Shown: positions 29,215-39,953, counted from the stretch's first letter. The stretch: DNA of 64,000 bases from Bacteroidia bacterium (GCA_026391215.1 JAPLDX010000059.1:1-64000); one strand, 5' to 3'. A program made the numbers and translations. The notes: generated by a model not told the origin, from the letters alone.

Positions 29215-30135
29215 CTACTTGTTTAACTTGTATTTTTCAATTCCCTTTGTGAAATAATCCACTATCTGTCTTGCAGCTGCTACTCCTGCATTAATATTTG
29301 CTTCTTCTGTCTGTGCACCCATCTTTTTTGCGGTAAAAATAAATCTTCCTTTGTACTTCTCCTCAAAGACATTTTTGCAATCAGGCTCAATATCAGACAG
29401 ATAACAAAGATCCTTGCGTTCCTCGAATATTTTCAGAAGTCCTTCTTCATCAATCAGTTCTTTTCTTGCTGTATTGACAAGCACTCCATTCCTCGGCATC
29501 TTCTTAAGCAATTCATCCCCTACCGATTTCATGGTTATTTCATTAAGTGGCATATGGAGTGAAATGTACTGACATTTCGTGTACATCTCCTCAATATTGA
29601 TACATTGCTTTGCATTGTTATTCTTCATTATTCTTTCACTGACGAAAGGGTCATATGCATAAATATCCATACCAAATCCGCGGGCAATATCAGCAACATA
29701 TTTACCTACATTGCCAAAAGCATGTAATCCAATCGTCTTACCCCTTAGTTCACTTCCTGTTTTACCGCTGAATCCGCTCCTTATCTGGTATAGCATTAAT
29801 TCGAAAACAAGCTCTGCAACTGCATTGGAATTCTGTCCCGGAGTATTCATGGCCACCACATTATGCGCTGTACATGATTGAAGGTCAAGGTTATCGTACC
29901 CTGCACCTGCACGGACAACAATCTTCAATTGCTTAGCGGAGTTTAATACCTCAGCGGTGACTTTATCACTTCTTACAATCAAGCCGTCAGCATCAGAAAC
30001 TTCATTCAGTAGCTGTAATTTATCAGTGTAATTCTCGAGCAATGCAAGCTTAAAACCTGCAGCCTCAGTCACCTCACGAATTTGTCTGATAGCAACCGGG
30101 GAAAAAGCTTTTTCTGTTGCAACAAGGATTTTCAT
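29215..30135 (-). CDS. serA: D-3-phosphoglycerate dehydrogenase (short form, no ACT domain)
   Basis: VRAGAGYDN, MNTPGQNSNAVAE, VNTAR, GAQTEEAN; adjacent to serC. Confidence 0.88.
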   Translation of the reverse strand: MKILVATEKAFSPVAIRQIREVTEAAGFKLALLENYTDKLQLLNEVSDADGLIVRSDKVTAEVLNSAKQLKIVVRAGAGYDNLDLQSCTAHNVVAMNTPGQNSNAVAELVFELMLYQIRSGFSGKTGSELRGKTIGLHAFGNVGKYVADIARGFGMDIYAYDPFVSERIMKNNNAKQCINIEEMYTKCQYISLHMPLNEITMKSVGDELLKKMPRNGVLVNTARKELIDEEGLLKIFEERKDLCYLSDIEPDCKNVFEEKYKGRFIFTAKKMGAQTEEANINAGVAAARQIVDYFTKGIEKYKLNK

Positions 30136-30147
30136 ATTTAAGGTTTT

Positions 30148-31218
30148 TTAGTTGTTCTTCTCAAATTCTTTCATTACATCAACCAGAGCCTGAACGCTTT
30201 CCCGGGGCAGTGCATTATATGTGGAAGCTCTGAAGCCCCCTACTGAACGATGGCCTGCAATACCTATCATTCCCTTTGATTTGGCAAAATCAGCAAAAGG
30301 TTGTTCAAGCGCCTTATATTCTTCTGCCATAACAAAACAGATATTCATAATTGAGCGATCTTCTGGATCCTTGATCGTCGGAACAAATAATTTATTCCTG
30401 TCAATTTCATCATAAAGCAGTTCTGCCTTTTCAATGTTCTTCTTATGCATAACTTTCACACCGCCAAGATCTTTCAGCCATTTCAGGGTCTGCTGTGCTG
30501 CAAATACTGTAAACACCGGAGGAGTGTTGAACATTGATTCTGCCTTTATATGTGTCCTGTAATCAAGCATCGTCGGGATTGCACGGGTTACCTTGCCGAG
30601 CACATCTTCCTTAATGATAATTAAAGTCACACCTGCAGGAGCCAGGTTCTTCTGTGCGCCGGCATATATGAGGGAATATTTTGATACATCAACAGGCCTG
30701 CTGAATATATCGGATGACATATCTGCCACCAGGGGTATTTTTACATCCGGGTCTTTCGTAAGCTCAGTACCGAAAATAGTATTATTGGTTGTAATATGAA
30801 AATAGTCGGCATCTGAGGGAACAGTATAACTTTTTGGAATATAATTGAAATTTTTGTCTTTGGAGGAAGCTACTTCCACCGCTTCGCCATAGATCTTTGC
30901 TTCCTTGAATGCTTTGCTGGCCCATTCACCTGTCAGAAGATAAGCTGATTTTTTATTCATCAGGTTCATTGGTACCATTGCAAACTGGAGACTGGCACCA
31001 CCGCCAAGAAATATTACCTGGTATCCCGAAGGGATTTCAAGCAGTTCCCTGACAAGAGCTATTGTATCGTTCATACATGCAATAAACTCTTTGCTGCGAT
31101 GAGATATCTCCAGAATTGATAAACCTGAACCGGCAAAATCCTTTATCCCTTCAATGCTCTTATCAATTGTGTATTGAGGAAGAATTGAAGGACCTGCATA
31201 AAAATTGTGCTTTTTCAT
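30148..31218 (-). CDS. serC: Phosphoserine aminotransferase
   Basis: [47 protein letters not shown]. Confidence 0.97.
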   Translation of the reverse strand: MKKHNFYAGPSILPQYTIDKSIEGIKDFAGSGLSILEISHRSKEFIACMNDTIALVRELLEIPSGYQVIFLGGGASLQFAMVPMNLMNKKSAYLLTGEWASKAFKEAKIYGEAVEVASSKDKNFNYIPKSYTVPSDADYFHITTNNTIFGTELTKDPDVKIPLVADMSSDIFSRPVDVSKYSLIYAGAQKNLAPAGVTLIIIKEDVLGKVTRAIPTMLDYRTHIKAESMFNTPPVFTVFAAQQTLKWLKDLGGVKVMHKKNIEKAELLYDEIDRNKLFVPTIKDPEDRSIMNICFVMAEEYKALEQPFADFAKSKGMIGIAGHRSVGGFRASTYNALPRESVQALVDVMKEFEKNN

Positions 31219-31310
31219 AGTGATGATTATTTTAGAGTTAGTGAATATCAATTATCAGTATTGTAAAATTATCAAAATTATTTTGACCGTTAAGTAATTA
31301 ACACTGCTTC

Positions 31311-32033
31311 CTATGAAATGATGCTGACAAGGATCCCGTTTTTTATTGAAGGTACTTTATTTGTAGTATCAGTTGTCAGGCAGAAGTTAATACAATCATC
31401 CAGTCCTTTGTCCCTCAGGCGCGTCCGCTGGGCGACTTTTTCAATGTAGCCGGTCAGGTCTTCTTTAGCAAAAGACCACAGATCAAGGGCAGCAAGTGTT
31501 GAATCGCAGATCGTTTGATACTGATTACTCTTCATCAGCTGTTCAGCAATAGCGCCGGCGCATAATGTATCTTCCAGATTAAATCTGTTTTTCCAACCCG
31601 CACAGAAAAGAACGACATTTTTTTCCTGTTTTGTCAGCCATCCTGCAAGTGCGCTTATATTGAGAAAAGAACCTATGATTATATCACTTGCCTTTGAGGC
31701 CATGTTAATTATTCCTGTACCGTTGGTTGTACTGTAAACTATGGTTTTACCTTCAACCTTATCACGGGTAAAATTGAAAGGGGAATTGCCAAAATCGGCA
31801 AAATCGAGAACAAAGCCATCGCGCTCTGCGGCTACCAGGAATCCGCGGTTCTTATAATCCCTTGCTTCATTTATTTCAGCAACAGGGATAATCGACGCGG
31901 CGCCGTTAGCAAATGCCGTGCATATGGCTGATGTTGCACGAAGTATATCAATTATCACAACTACTTCATCGGTATGCAATTCAGGCTCATATAAAGCTGG
32001 TGAAAAACAGGTTTCAAGTTTTCTCTTTCCCAT
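31311..32033 (-). CDS. comB: 2-phosphosulfolactate phosphatase family protein
   Basis: DILRATS, AERDG, GNSPF, STTNGT, LEDTLCAG. Confidence 0.9.
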   Translation of the reverse strand: MGKRKLETCFSPALYEPELHTDEVVVIIDILRATSAICTAFANGAASIIPVAEINEARDYKNRGFLVAAERDGFVLDFADFGNSPFNFTRDKVEGKTIVYSTTNGTGIINMASKASDIIIGSFLNISALAGWLTKQEKNVVLFCAGWKNRFNLEDTLCAGAIAEQLMKSNQYQTICDSTLAALDLWSFAKEDLTGYIEKVAQRTRLRDKGLDDCINFCLTTDTTNKVPSIKNGILVSIIS

Positions 32034-32037
32034 AATG

Positions 32038-32100
32038 AAGGCGTTAGGGTTAAAAGGCCATAGGACTTTAAGGCTGTAAAACCTTGATGCCTTAATGCCT
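32038..32100. repeat. Degenerate 8-mer tandem array followed by its inverted complement
   Basis: AAGGCGTT AGGGTTAA AAGGCCAT AGGACTTT AAGGCTGT ... CCTTGATG CCTTAATG CCT fills the gcvT-comB spacer. Confidence 0.6.
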
Positions 32101-33204
32101 CTATTTATTATAGAATGGCATATTCACAACTTTTGCTTTCAGGTCTTTATTCCTTATACGAATGAATATCTCAGTATCAGGCTTCCAGAATCCTTTGGCA
32201 AGGTAAGCTATCCCGATACCCTGCTTCAACATTGGAGACATAGTACCGGAAGTTACCTCTCCGATAATATTTCCGTTAGCATCAACAACCTCATAATGCT
32301 GGCGCGGAATGCCGCGTTCAATCATTACAAATCCCTTAAGCCTCCTGTCGGTTCCTTCGTTCTTTTGCTTAAGAAGCAGCGCTTTATCAATAAAATTCTT
32401 TGAATCAGTGAATTTGGTGATCCAACCCAGGCCTGCTTCTATTGGTGATGTCTTATCATTAATATCGTTACCGTACAGGCAGAATCCCATTTCAAGTCTC
32501 AGAGTATCGCGAGCTCCAAGTCCTATAGGTCTGATACCAAAATCTTTACCGGCTTCAAAAACAGCATTCCACAGCTTGGGACCATCTTCATTCTTAACAT
32601 ATATCTCGCATCCGCCTGCTCCGGTATAACCGGTTGTGGAGAACAGTACATTTTCAATATCCGCAAATTCTATCTCCTTGAATGTGTAATATTCCATGCC
32701 AGTTACCGGTTTTTTTGTCAGCTTTTGCATTGCCTTCAGAGCCATTGGTCCCTGAACTGCGAGCTGAGCGATTTCATCAGAAGCGTTTATCAGGTCTTTT
32801 CCTGTTTTCAGTCCAAACTTCCCGGCATTTTTTACACACCAGTTCCAGTCTTTATCAATATTTGCAGCATTGACAACGAGAAGATATTTCTCCGGGCTGA
32901 ACCGGTAAACAAGAAGGTCATCAACTATGCCACCCTGACCATTGGGAAAGCATGAATACTGGATCTTGCCGTCAAACAGGGCAGATACATCGTTTGAAGT
33001 AATATACTGAAGATAATCTGTTGCAGCCGGTCCTGTCACATGGAATTCACCCATATGTGAAACATCGAAAACGCCGACTTTCTCCCTTACAGTTATATGT
33101 TCGTCATTTATCCCTGTGTATTCTACCGGCATGTTATATCCGGCAAATGGTACCATTTTAGCACCTGCTTCCAGATGGAAATTAGTAAAAGCGGTATTTT
33201 TCAT
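32101..33204 (-). CDS. gcvT: Glycine cleavage system aminomethyltransferase
   Basis: [31 protein letters not shown]; start at ATG 33204. Confidence 0.97.
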   Translation of the reverse strand: MKNTAFTNFHLEAGAKMVPFAGYNMPVEYTGINDEHITVREKVGVFDVSHMGEFHVTGPAATDYLQYITSNDVSALFDGKIQYSCFPNGQGGIVDDLLVYRFSPEKYLLVVNAANIDKDWNWCVKNAGKFGLKTGKDLINASDEIAQLAVQGPMALKAMQKLTKKPVTGMEYYTFKEIEFADIENVLFSTTGYTGAGGCEIYVKNEDGPKLWNAVFEAGKDFGIRPIGLGARDTLRLEMGFCLYGNDINDKTSPIEAGLGWITKFTDSKNFIDKALLLKQKNEGTDRRLKGFVMIERGIPRQHYEVVDANGNIIGEVTSGTMSPMLKQGIGIAYLAKGFWKPDTEIFIRIRNKDLKAKVVNMPFYNK

Positions 33205-33288
33205 TATCACAAGATTAAGTTTAACTGCACAAGTTGCGAAGTAAAACACAAAGGACGCAAATATTGCAGATATAAAGAGTGATGATTA

Positions 33289-35385
33289 TCAGAATTCAAG
33301 TATTTTGAACTCAACCCTCCTGTTCATCTTCCTGCCTTCAGCAGTTGCATTATCTGTAATTGGCTGCTGTGGTCCGTAGCCCTTAAATTCAAGACGTGAG
33401 CGGTCTATGCCTTTCTGAACCAGGTATTCTACTACTGCCTGTGCCCTGCTCTGAGAAAGCCTGTTGTTCAGATCAAGGCTTCCTGTATTATCGGTATGTC
33501 CCGATATCTCTATTCTCATCAGCGGACTGTCCTGAAGAATTCCCAAAAGCCTGTCAAGCTCCGTATATGAGCCTGCTGTGAGTATTGATTTACCGGTTTC
33601 AAAGAGTATGTTGTTAAGAACCACTTTCTTTCCGACTTTCACTTTTATGAGTGTCGCATCAAGCTTATATACCTCTGAGGAATAGGTCGCAGGAACATTT
33701 ATCCTCTTCATATCAGAAAGGAATCCACTTGCCCGCAGATCAATCATATATGATTTCTTTTCCGGGAGTTTTACCCTGTATGTGCCATCAGCGTCAGAGC
33801 TTGCGGTCGTTGCAACAATAAGATCGGTTGTAAGATCAATTACATCAATTTTAGCCATCACGGGCTCCTCTGTTTCCGAATCTTTTATTGTGCCTATGAG
33901 GTACAATACCTCCTCTTTGGGAGGTTCAGGTTGCGGGACAGGGACAATCTCCTTTATTACTACGACTGTATCTCTTATTACTACCGTATCAGGTTCCGGA
34001 GGAGCAACAGGTATAATTACAGGTTCAGGAGGGAGCATTCTTCCGCTGTATATATCAAGTCCACCCATGCCGCCTCCCCTGTTCGAGACAAAATAGAAGG
34101 AACTGTCATTACCCTGGGCTGGATGGAAGAACAGCTCATCCCATGGAGTGTTAAGCGGATAGCCGAAACTTATTGCTTTTCCCCATCCGCCGGACGAATC
34201 TTTTGCACTAAAGAAGATATCAAAGCCGCCGATTGTGGTATGTCCTCTGGATGCAAACCAGAGGGTATCTCCTTTTACAGAGAATCGGATTGATTCTTCA
34301 TCATAAGGAGTGTTTATCATGGGACCTGCATTCACTGGCTTGGTCCATTTGCGGTCATTCAGCTTCTTAATGAAATATATGTCACTGCCTCCCAGGCCTT
34401 CCTTCCCTTTATCTGACACATACCATATTTCATTGCCTGAAGGTGAAAATGTAAAAGAAGTCTCTGAACCTTTTGTGTTTATCTTATAAGGTATTGGAGC
34501 CGGAGATTTCCATTTTCCCCTTTTCTTCAGCGACATCATAATATCTCCGCCGTTTTCATAACCGGCATATATGTATAATTCCTCACCGGTAGGATTCAGA
34601 TAAAGTGGTGTCTCACATAAATCTGTCACCAGTTTTTTACCTAAAGTGACAGGAAAACTCCATATGCCGCTGTTCAGGGTAGAAAGATAAATGTTTTCAT
34701 CAAATCGCGAATCGTCATATTTTGTGCTGGATTTTGACAGTTCGCGGCGTGAAGCAAAGTACATTGCCTCGCCGTCTGCTGAAAGGACCTCTGCATAATC
34801 ATCAGCGTTTGAATTAATATTCGATCCGGCATTCCTGATCGCAATCCTCAGGGTATCCTTTATCACTTCAAGAGCCGAATTACATTCTTCCAGGTATTTT
34901 TTTGCAACTGCAATGCTCTGCTTTGGCTTTTTACCGGGGGAATCAAGGTACTCGTTAAGTTTTGTAACTGCTTCGACATATCTCCCTGCATATTGAAGCG
35001 CTCTTCCTGTTAAAAGAAGTATATCACCCGGCATATCGGTATTAAGCTGAAGAGCTTTCAGAAAAAATTCTGCAGCTTCTTCCTTATTATCAGAAAAAAG
35101 AGCAGCAACACCAGTCTTGTAATTCAACTCGGGATTGACGCCATTATAGGCTACTGCTTTCAAGTATTCATCATATGCACTTCCGTAATATACTCCCTTT
35201 ACAATGTAATAACTGTCACCGGTTTTTACATGCTTCCATGCTTCCCTAAAACCCTGACGCTCATCTTTAAAATCCTTCTTGCGGACCGCAATATCAGTTT
35301 GCGCGTTAAGTATGGAACAGCTGAGCATCAAAACGACACTGAAAGAATGCAGATAATGATTCATGATGTTGCTTTTTGTCACCAT
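33289..35385 (-). CDS. OmpA-family protein with TPR, PD40 propeller and carboxypeptidase-regulatory-like domains (PorE-like architecture)
   Basis: TPR-like N-terminus, repeated INT/S..D..P and GG.DI blades, Pro-rich linker, ISGHTDNTG...LSQSRAQAV...NRRVEF. Confidence 0.92.
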   Translation of the reverse strand: MVTKSNIMNHYLHSFSVVLMLSCSILNAQTDIAVRKKDFKDERQGFREAWKHVKTGDSYYIVKGVYYGSAYDEYLKAVAYNGVNPELNYKTGVAALFSDNKEEAAEFFLKALQLNTDMPGDILLLTGRALQYAGRYVEAVTKLNEYLDSPGKKPKQSIAVAKKYLEECNSALEVIKDTLRIAIRNAGSNINSNADDYAEVLSADGEAMYFASRRELSKSSTKYDDSRFDENIYLSTLNSGIWSFPVTLGKKLVTDLCETPLYLNPTGEELYIYAGYENGGDIMMSLKKRGKWKSPAPIPYKINTKGSETSFTFSPSGNEIWYVSDKGKEGLGGSDIYFIKKLNDRKWTKPVNAGPMINTPYDEESIRFSVKGDTLWFASRGHTTIGGFDIFFSAKDSSGGWGKAISFGYPLNTPWDELFFHPAQGNDSSFYFVSNRGGGMGGLDIYSGRMLPPEPVIIPVAPPEPDTVVIRDTVVVIKEIVPVPQPEPPKEEVLYLIGTIKDSETEEPVMAKIDVIDLTTDLIVATTASSDADGTYRVKLPEKKSYMIDLRASGFLSDMKRINVPATYSSEVYKLDATLIKVKVGKKVVLNNILFETGKSILTAGSYTELDRLLGILQDSPLMRIEISGHTDNTGSLDLNNRLSQSRAQAVVEYLVQKGIDRSRLEFKGYGPQQPITDNATAEGRKMNRRVEFKILEF

Positions 35386-35464
35386 AAAAATAGCACTAAT
35401 TTCCCTTTTTCAAAAAAACCTTTATATCCTTTATTGATATAACGTCATCAGAATAAAATATTGT

Positions 35465-35472
35465 TATATTTG
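35465..35472 (+). promoter_or_regulatory. -7 promoter box for Hpt-STAS
   Basis: TATATTTG upstream of ATG 35521. Confidence 0.55.
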
Positions 35473-35520
35473 TTGCTACTCTTTGCACTCCAATAAACTG
35501 ATCTTATTTTTCATATAATA

Positions 35521-35883
35521 ATGGATTACAAGTACATAAATACTGAATACCTTGATTCGGTATCCGGTGGCGATAGTGAAACATTTTTTGAAATTGTAGC
35601 AATTTTCAAAGAACAGGTTGCTGAATTTCATAACGAGATGATTTCTCTGCTGTCTATGAAGGATTATTATAACCTCGGGCTTCTGGCTCATAAGGCAAAA
35701 TCTTCGGTGGCAATTATGGGAATGAGCAACCTGGCTGTAATGCTTAAGACGTTTGAGCTTCAGGCAAAGGAGGGAAAAGAAGCAGAAAAATATGAATCCT
35801 ATGTATCAAAATTCAGAAATGATACTTCAGAAGCGTTGAAAGAGCTTGATGATCTTATCAGTAATATGCAAAAAAAGGGGTAA
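35521..35883 (+). CDS. Stand-alone Hpt (histidine phosphotransfer) domain protein
   Basis: LAHKAKSSVAIMG Hpt motif in a 120-aa helical protein. Confidence 0.9.
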   Translation: MDYKYINTEYLDSVSGGDSETFFEIVAIFKEQVAEFHNEMISLLSMKDYYNLGLLAHKAKSSVAIMGMSNLAVMLKTFELQAKEGKEAEKYESYVSKFRNDTSEALKELDDLISNMQKKG

Positions 35884-36219
35884 ATGATAAATATCGAGAA
35901 ACAAGATAAAATAGATATAATTAACTTTTCCATAGATAAGATCAATGCTCTGATCACTGAGGATATCAGGAATGAGATCATTAAATTGTTTGAAAATGCA
36001 AATGCGAAGGTAGTCATTGATCTTAAGGGGGTACAATATATTGACAGTTCTGGATTCGGGTGTTTTCTTTCAATTATGAAAGCTGCAAGGGGCAATTACG
36101 GCTCTCTGAAATTTGCATGTCCTGAACCTGCTGTAATGGAAGTATTTAAGACACTTCATCTCAATACCGTTTTCGAGATCTATGACGACCGGGATGAATG
36201 TATCAGGTCTATGAGGTAA
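35884..36219 (+). CDS. STAS domain anti-sigma factor antagonist
   Basis: VVIDLKGVQYIDSSGFG; ATG directly follows the Hpt stop. Confidence 0.92.
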   Translation: MINIEKQDKIDIINFSIDKINALITEDIRNEIIKLFENANAKVVIDLKGVQYIDSSGFGCFLSIMKAARGNYGSLKFACPEPAVMEVFKTLHLNTVFEIYDDRDECIRSMR

Positions 36220-36400
36220 ATTTCAGATATCTGATCAAATAATTTGCCATTGCCGGACTGGGGACGTTTTGACATCATAAATGTTCCGTTGCATGTCAAA
36301 CTGTCAAGGCTTTTCCGGATTTAATAAAATAATCTCTATTATTTATTTGGCAAAAAGACCGAGGTTTCATAACTTCAAATCCAAATAAAACTGATCTCCT

Positions 36401-39400
36401 ATGAGTGAAAAGATCCTAGAAACCCTGATGCAGCTTTTTGCACTTATTGCAAAACCTCAGGCAGATGATACTGAGAGAAAGGGTGTTGTTGAGATTTTTC
36501 TGAAACGTCTGCTGAACCAGGAGCTTGTAAAGGAATATCTGACAAAATATGACCAGGCATACGAAGAAGCCAGGAAGAAGCTTGAAAAAAGCAGCGCAGA
36601 ACGTCGTGAAGGTGCTATAGCTATCAGGATAAGGAAACTATGTAAGGACATCAACGAACAGGGGCAGCTTGACCAGGAACAAAGAATTGTAGTTGTCATC
36701 CAGGCTCTTGAATTCTGTAAATCAGGCAGCAAGGAGGTTAATCAGCTAGAGCGCGGTTTTATCAGCACTCTTGCAGAAGGATTGAATATTACTGAAGAAG
36801 AATATGCATTCATTGAAAGCTATGTACTTAATTCATTTGATAATATCCCTGACAATCAGAACATTCTTTTGGTAGACGGCAATAAGGAATGTGCTTGCAG
36901 GGAAGCAAAACATGTTTATAAAGAGCTGCTTAAAGGACAGATATGGATCCTTTTTGTGCCATCTGTCAAAATGTATTTTGCCAGGTTCAAGGGTTCGGGC
37001 GAATTATCAATGAACGGACAGCTGATGCAGGAAGAGAAGGTATATCCGTTCGGCCAGGGATCTTCCATAAAGGGATATAAGATCATGCCTCTTTATTACT
37101 GGGATGTCACGATGCAGTTCCTCAAAGAGGAGTTTAAGTCCTCGCGGGTGGTTTATGAAGTTAACAATATTGAATACCGTTTCAAAAGCGGGAAAGTTGG
37201 TATCCATCATATGAGTTTCAGGGAGGAATCGGGAAGAATGGTAGGTATCATGGGAGCCAGCGGCGCAGGAAAATCAACACTGCTTGGAGTTCTGAATGGA
37301 ACCAATCCCCCGTTCGATGGAGAGGTCCTTGTTAATGGAATAAGTATACATAAAGAAAGTGACAAAATAAAGGGACTAATAGGATACGTATCCCAGGATG
37401 ATCTTCTGATTGAAGAACTTACGGTTTTTGAAAATCTTTATTATAATGCCAAACTCTGTTTCGATAACCTGACAGAAGAGGAGATTGTGGAGAGGGTCGA
37501 TAATACATTAAGGAATCTGGGGTTAAGTGAGATTCGTGATATTCAGGTAGGCAGCCCTCTGAACAAGAAGATAAGCGGAGGACAAAGGAAAAGGCTCAAT
37601 ATCTCTCTCGAACTGATCCGCGAACCTGCCATAATGTTTCTCGATGAACCGACTTCAGGTCTCTCGTCACGGGATTCAGAAAACATCCTCGACCTCCTGA
37701 AGGAACTTGCCCGTAAAGGTAAACTGCTTTTCATCGTTATACATCAGCCTTCATCCGATATCTTTAAAATGTTCGATAAACTGATCATTCTTGATACTGG
37801 AGGATACCTTATATATAATGGCAATCCAATTGAATCAATAGAATACTTTAAAAGAAAAATTGAGCAGGCCAATTACAACGAAAGCGAATGTTATGTATGC
37901 GGCAATGTGAATCCCGAACAGATATTCAATATTGTTGAGACCAAGGTATTCACAGAGAGCGGTCAGCCAACAGATACAAGACGGATCTCACCGGCTGACT
38001 GGAGTAATCTCTATAAAGATGAGAAAAAGGAAGATGAGAGGGAACCCGGTGGAGCTATCCCTGAGATAAACTTTAAAACTCCCGGCAAACTCAAACAGAC
38101 AGTTATCTTCATCAAACGTGATGTTCTCTCGAAAATAGCTGATGCCCAGTATCTTCTGATAACACTGCTTGAAGCTCCAGTTCTTGCTCTTGCTCTTTCA
38201 TTCCTGATCAGGTATTTTGATAAGAGTGCTGATAGTCCAAAATATACGCTTTATGCAAATGAAAATCTTCCTGTTTATATTTTCATGTCTGTTATAATTG
38301 CCATTTTCATGGGACTTACCGTGAGTGCTGAAGAGATCATTAAAGACAGAAAAATCCTTAAAAGGGAAGCATTCCTTAACCTGAGCTGGAACAGTTACCT
38401 GATGTCGAAGGTATTTGTTCAGCTAGCAATTTCAGCAATCCAGGCTCTTACATTTGTAATTGTAGGCAACAGCATTACCGGTATCAGGGGAATGTGGTTT
38501 GAATACTGGCTGGTGCTCTTCTCTTGCTGGGCAGGTGCAAATATTCTCGGTTTGGTTATCTCTGACACCTTTAAAGCTGTAGCAACAATCTATATGTGGA
38601 TCCCCTTCCTTGTCATTCCTCAAATAATCCTGAGCGGTATAATGGTAAAATTTGAGAAGCTTAATCCAAGTATGACTTCTCCGGTTTCAATTCCATTTTA
38701 TGGAGAATTCATTACTGCGCGATGGGGGTATGAAGCCCTGGCAGTAAAACAGTTCAAGGATAATAAATATGAGAAGCAGTTTTATGTTTACGATAAAGCC
38801 ATAAGCAAGGCAAAATTCAAGAGGGATTTCTGGTATGATGCAATGAGAAAGAACCTTGACAATATTTCAAATGAATTAGGGAATAGCAACGCAAGTGATG
38901 AGATGAAGAAAAGGCTGCTGGTAGTTTACAATGAGATTAAAAAGGAAAATGCACTGATACCATCCATTAAATTTGATAATCTCGAATACCTTACCCCTGA
39001 GAAAGTTACACCTGAAATTGTCAATTCAGCTAAAGGATATATAGAATTAGTGAAGAAAGCGTATATTACTTTTTACAATAATACTGACTCCAAGAAACAA
39101 TCTCTTTTGGGCAAACTTCAATCTAAAGATAAAGAAGGATTCTTTAAAATGAGGGATGAATATACCAATGATAAGCTTGAGGAGTTTGTTACCAACAAAA
39201 ATGAGACAAAGGGTAGTATTGAATATAAAGGTGAAATAGTTCAGAAAGCTCAGCCAATTTTTATGGATCCCAATTATAATCTTATCAAAGCTCATTTCTA
39301 TGCGCCTGTAAAACGAATATTCGGAATAGATGTCGACACTTTTGTTGTCAACGTTCTTGTCTTATGGGTAATGACAATAGGGCTATATTTAGTGCTCTAT

Positions 39401-39472
39401 TTCAGACTGCTAAAGAGGCTTCTCGATTCCGGGGAGGTGGTGATGGGTAAAAAGCTAAAGGGTTCGGAATAA
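36401..39472 (+). CDS. Fused ABC exporter (ABCG-like NBD plus ABC-2 TMD) with N-terminal TerB-like and FHA-like regions
   Basis: GASGAGKST, ISGGQRKR, FLDEPTSGL, IHQPS; NBD precedes the TMD; about 250-aa N-terminal extension; large loop before the last TM. Confidence 0.9.
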   Translation: MSEKILETLMQLFALIAKPQADDTERKGVVEIFLKRLLNQELVKEYLTKYDQAYEEARKKLEKSSAERREGAIAIRIRKLCKDINEQGQLDQEQRIVVVIQALEFCKSGSKEVNQLERGFISTLAEGLNITEEEYAFIESYVLNSFDNIPDNQNILLVDGNKECACREAKHVYKELLKGQIWILFVPSVKMYFARFKGSGELSMNGQLMQEEKVYPFGQGSSIKGYKIMPLYYWDVTMQFLKEEFKSSRVVYEVNNIEYRFKSGKVGIHHMSFREESGRMVGIMGASGAGKSTLLGVLNGTNPPFDGEVLVNGISIHKESDKIKGLIGYVSQDDLLIEELTVFENLYYNAKLCFDNLTEEEIVERVDNTLRNLGLSEIRDIQVGSPLNKKISGGQRKRLNISLELIREPAIMFLDEPTSGLSSRDSENILDLLKELARKGKLLFIVIHQPSSDIFKMFDKLIILDTGGYLIYNGNPIESIEYFKRKIEQANYNESECYVCGNVNPEQIFNIVETKVFTESGQPTDTRRISPADWSNLYKDEKKEDEREPGGAIPEINFKTPGKLKQTVIFIKRDVLSKIADAQYLLITLLEAPVLALALSFLIRYFDKSADSPKYTLYANENLPVYIFMSVIIAIFMGLTVSAEEIIKDRKILKREAFLNLSWNSYLMSKVFVQLAISAIQALTFVIVGNSITGIRGMWFEYWLVLFSCWAGANILGLVISDTFKAVATIYMWIPFLVIPQIILSGIMVKFEKLNPSMTSPVSIPFYGEFITARWGYEALAVKQFKDNKYEKQFYVYDKAISKAKFKRDFWYDAMRKNLDNISNELGNSNASDEMKKRLLVVYNEIKKENALIPSIKFDNLEYLTPEKVTPEIVNSAKGYIELVKKAYITFYNNTDSKKQSLLGKLQSKDKEGFFKMRDEYTNDKLEEFVTNKNETKGSIEYKGEIVQKAQPIFMDPNYNLIKAHFYAPVKRIFGIDVDTFVVNVLVLWVMTIGLYLVLYFRLLKRLLDSGEVVMGKKLKGSE

Positions 39473-39500
39473 AAAAGAGGGGCTTATGCAGCCCCTCTTT
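39471..39500. terminator. Bidirectional intrinsic terminator
   Basis: AAAGAGGGGCT-TATGC-AGCCCCTCTTT between the convergent ABC and siaC genes. Confidence 0.85.
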
Positions 39501-39545
39501 AGTTTTTGGAAAACCGATCAGTTATATTGAACTCATAATACTTTA

Positions 39546-39926
39546 TTATTCAACAATTTCTATCATCTTGAACGGGACCCTGATGATAGATTCATAATCC
39601 TCACCGGCTTCCAGCATATCCTCGTCGTCCTCCTCGTAATACCAGTTGACCTCCACCTCGTTTTTGGCCTTATGGATTGCCTCCAGTTTCTTGAAGACAT
39701 CAAGGATACATTTTGATGAACTGGTATTGAAATACTCCAGCCTGATATTGACGACAGTTTTTGTCAGAGGAGTCTCTTTATAACCGTCGAGCCAGTCTAC
39801 AAGAGGCTTGTAGAATTCTACGGAGTTTTCGGGAATTGAACGTCCTTTGATTTCAAATACACCTTCAGATGCATCGAATTTAACAGTTGGGGTTTTCGGT
39901 GTTCCTTCAATAATGATCGGTTCCAT
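39546..39926 (-). CDS. siaC: SiaC family regulatory phosphoprotein (DUF1987)
   Basis: TPTVKFD, GRSIPEN, LEYFNTSSSK, WYYEEDDEDMLEAGEDY. Confidence 0.92.
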   Translation of the reverse strand: MEPIIIEGTPKTPTVKFDASEGVFEIKGRSIPENSVEFYKPLVDWLDGYKETPLTKTVVNIRLEYFNTSSSKCILDVFKKLEAIHKAKNEVEVNWYYEEDDEDMLEAGEDYESIIRVPFKMIEIVE

Positions 39927-39953
39927 TTTATTAAATTTTTAGTTTGTTAATTT

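Noticed and set aside
33915-34035. Repeated PPEP/DTVV segment in the OmpA protein
   Set aside because: Ordinary Pro-rich interdomain linker
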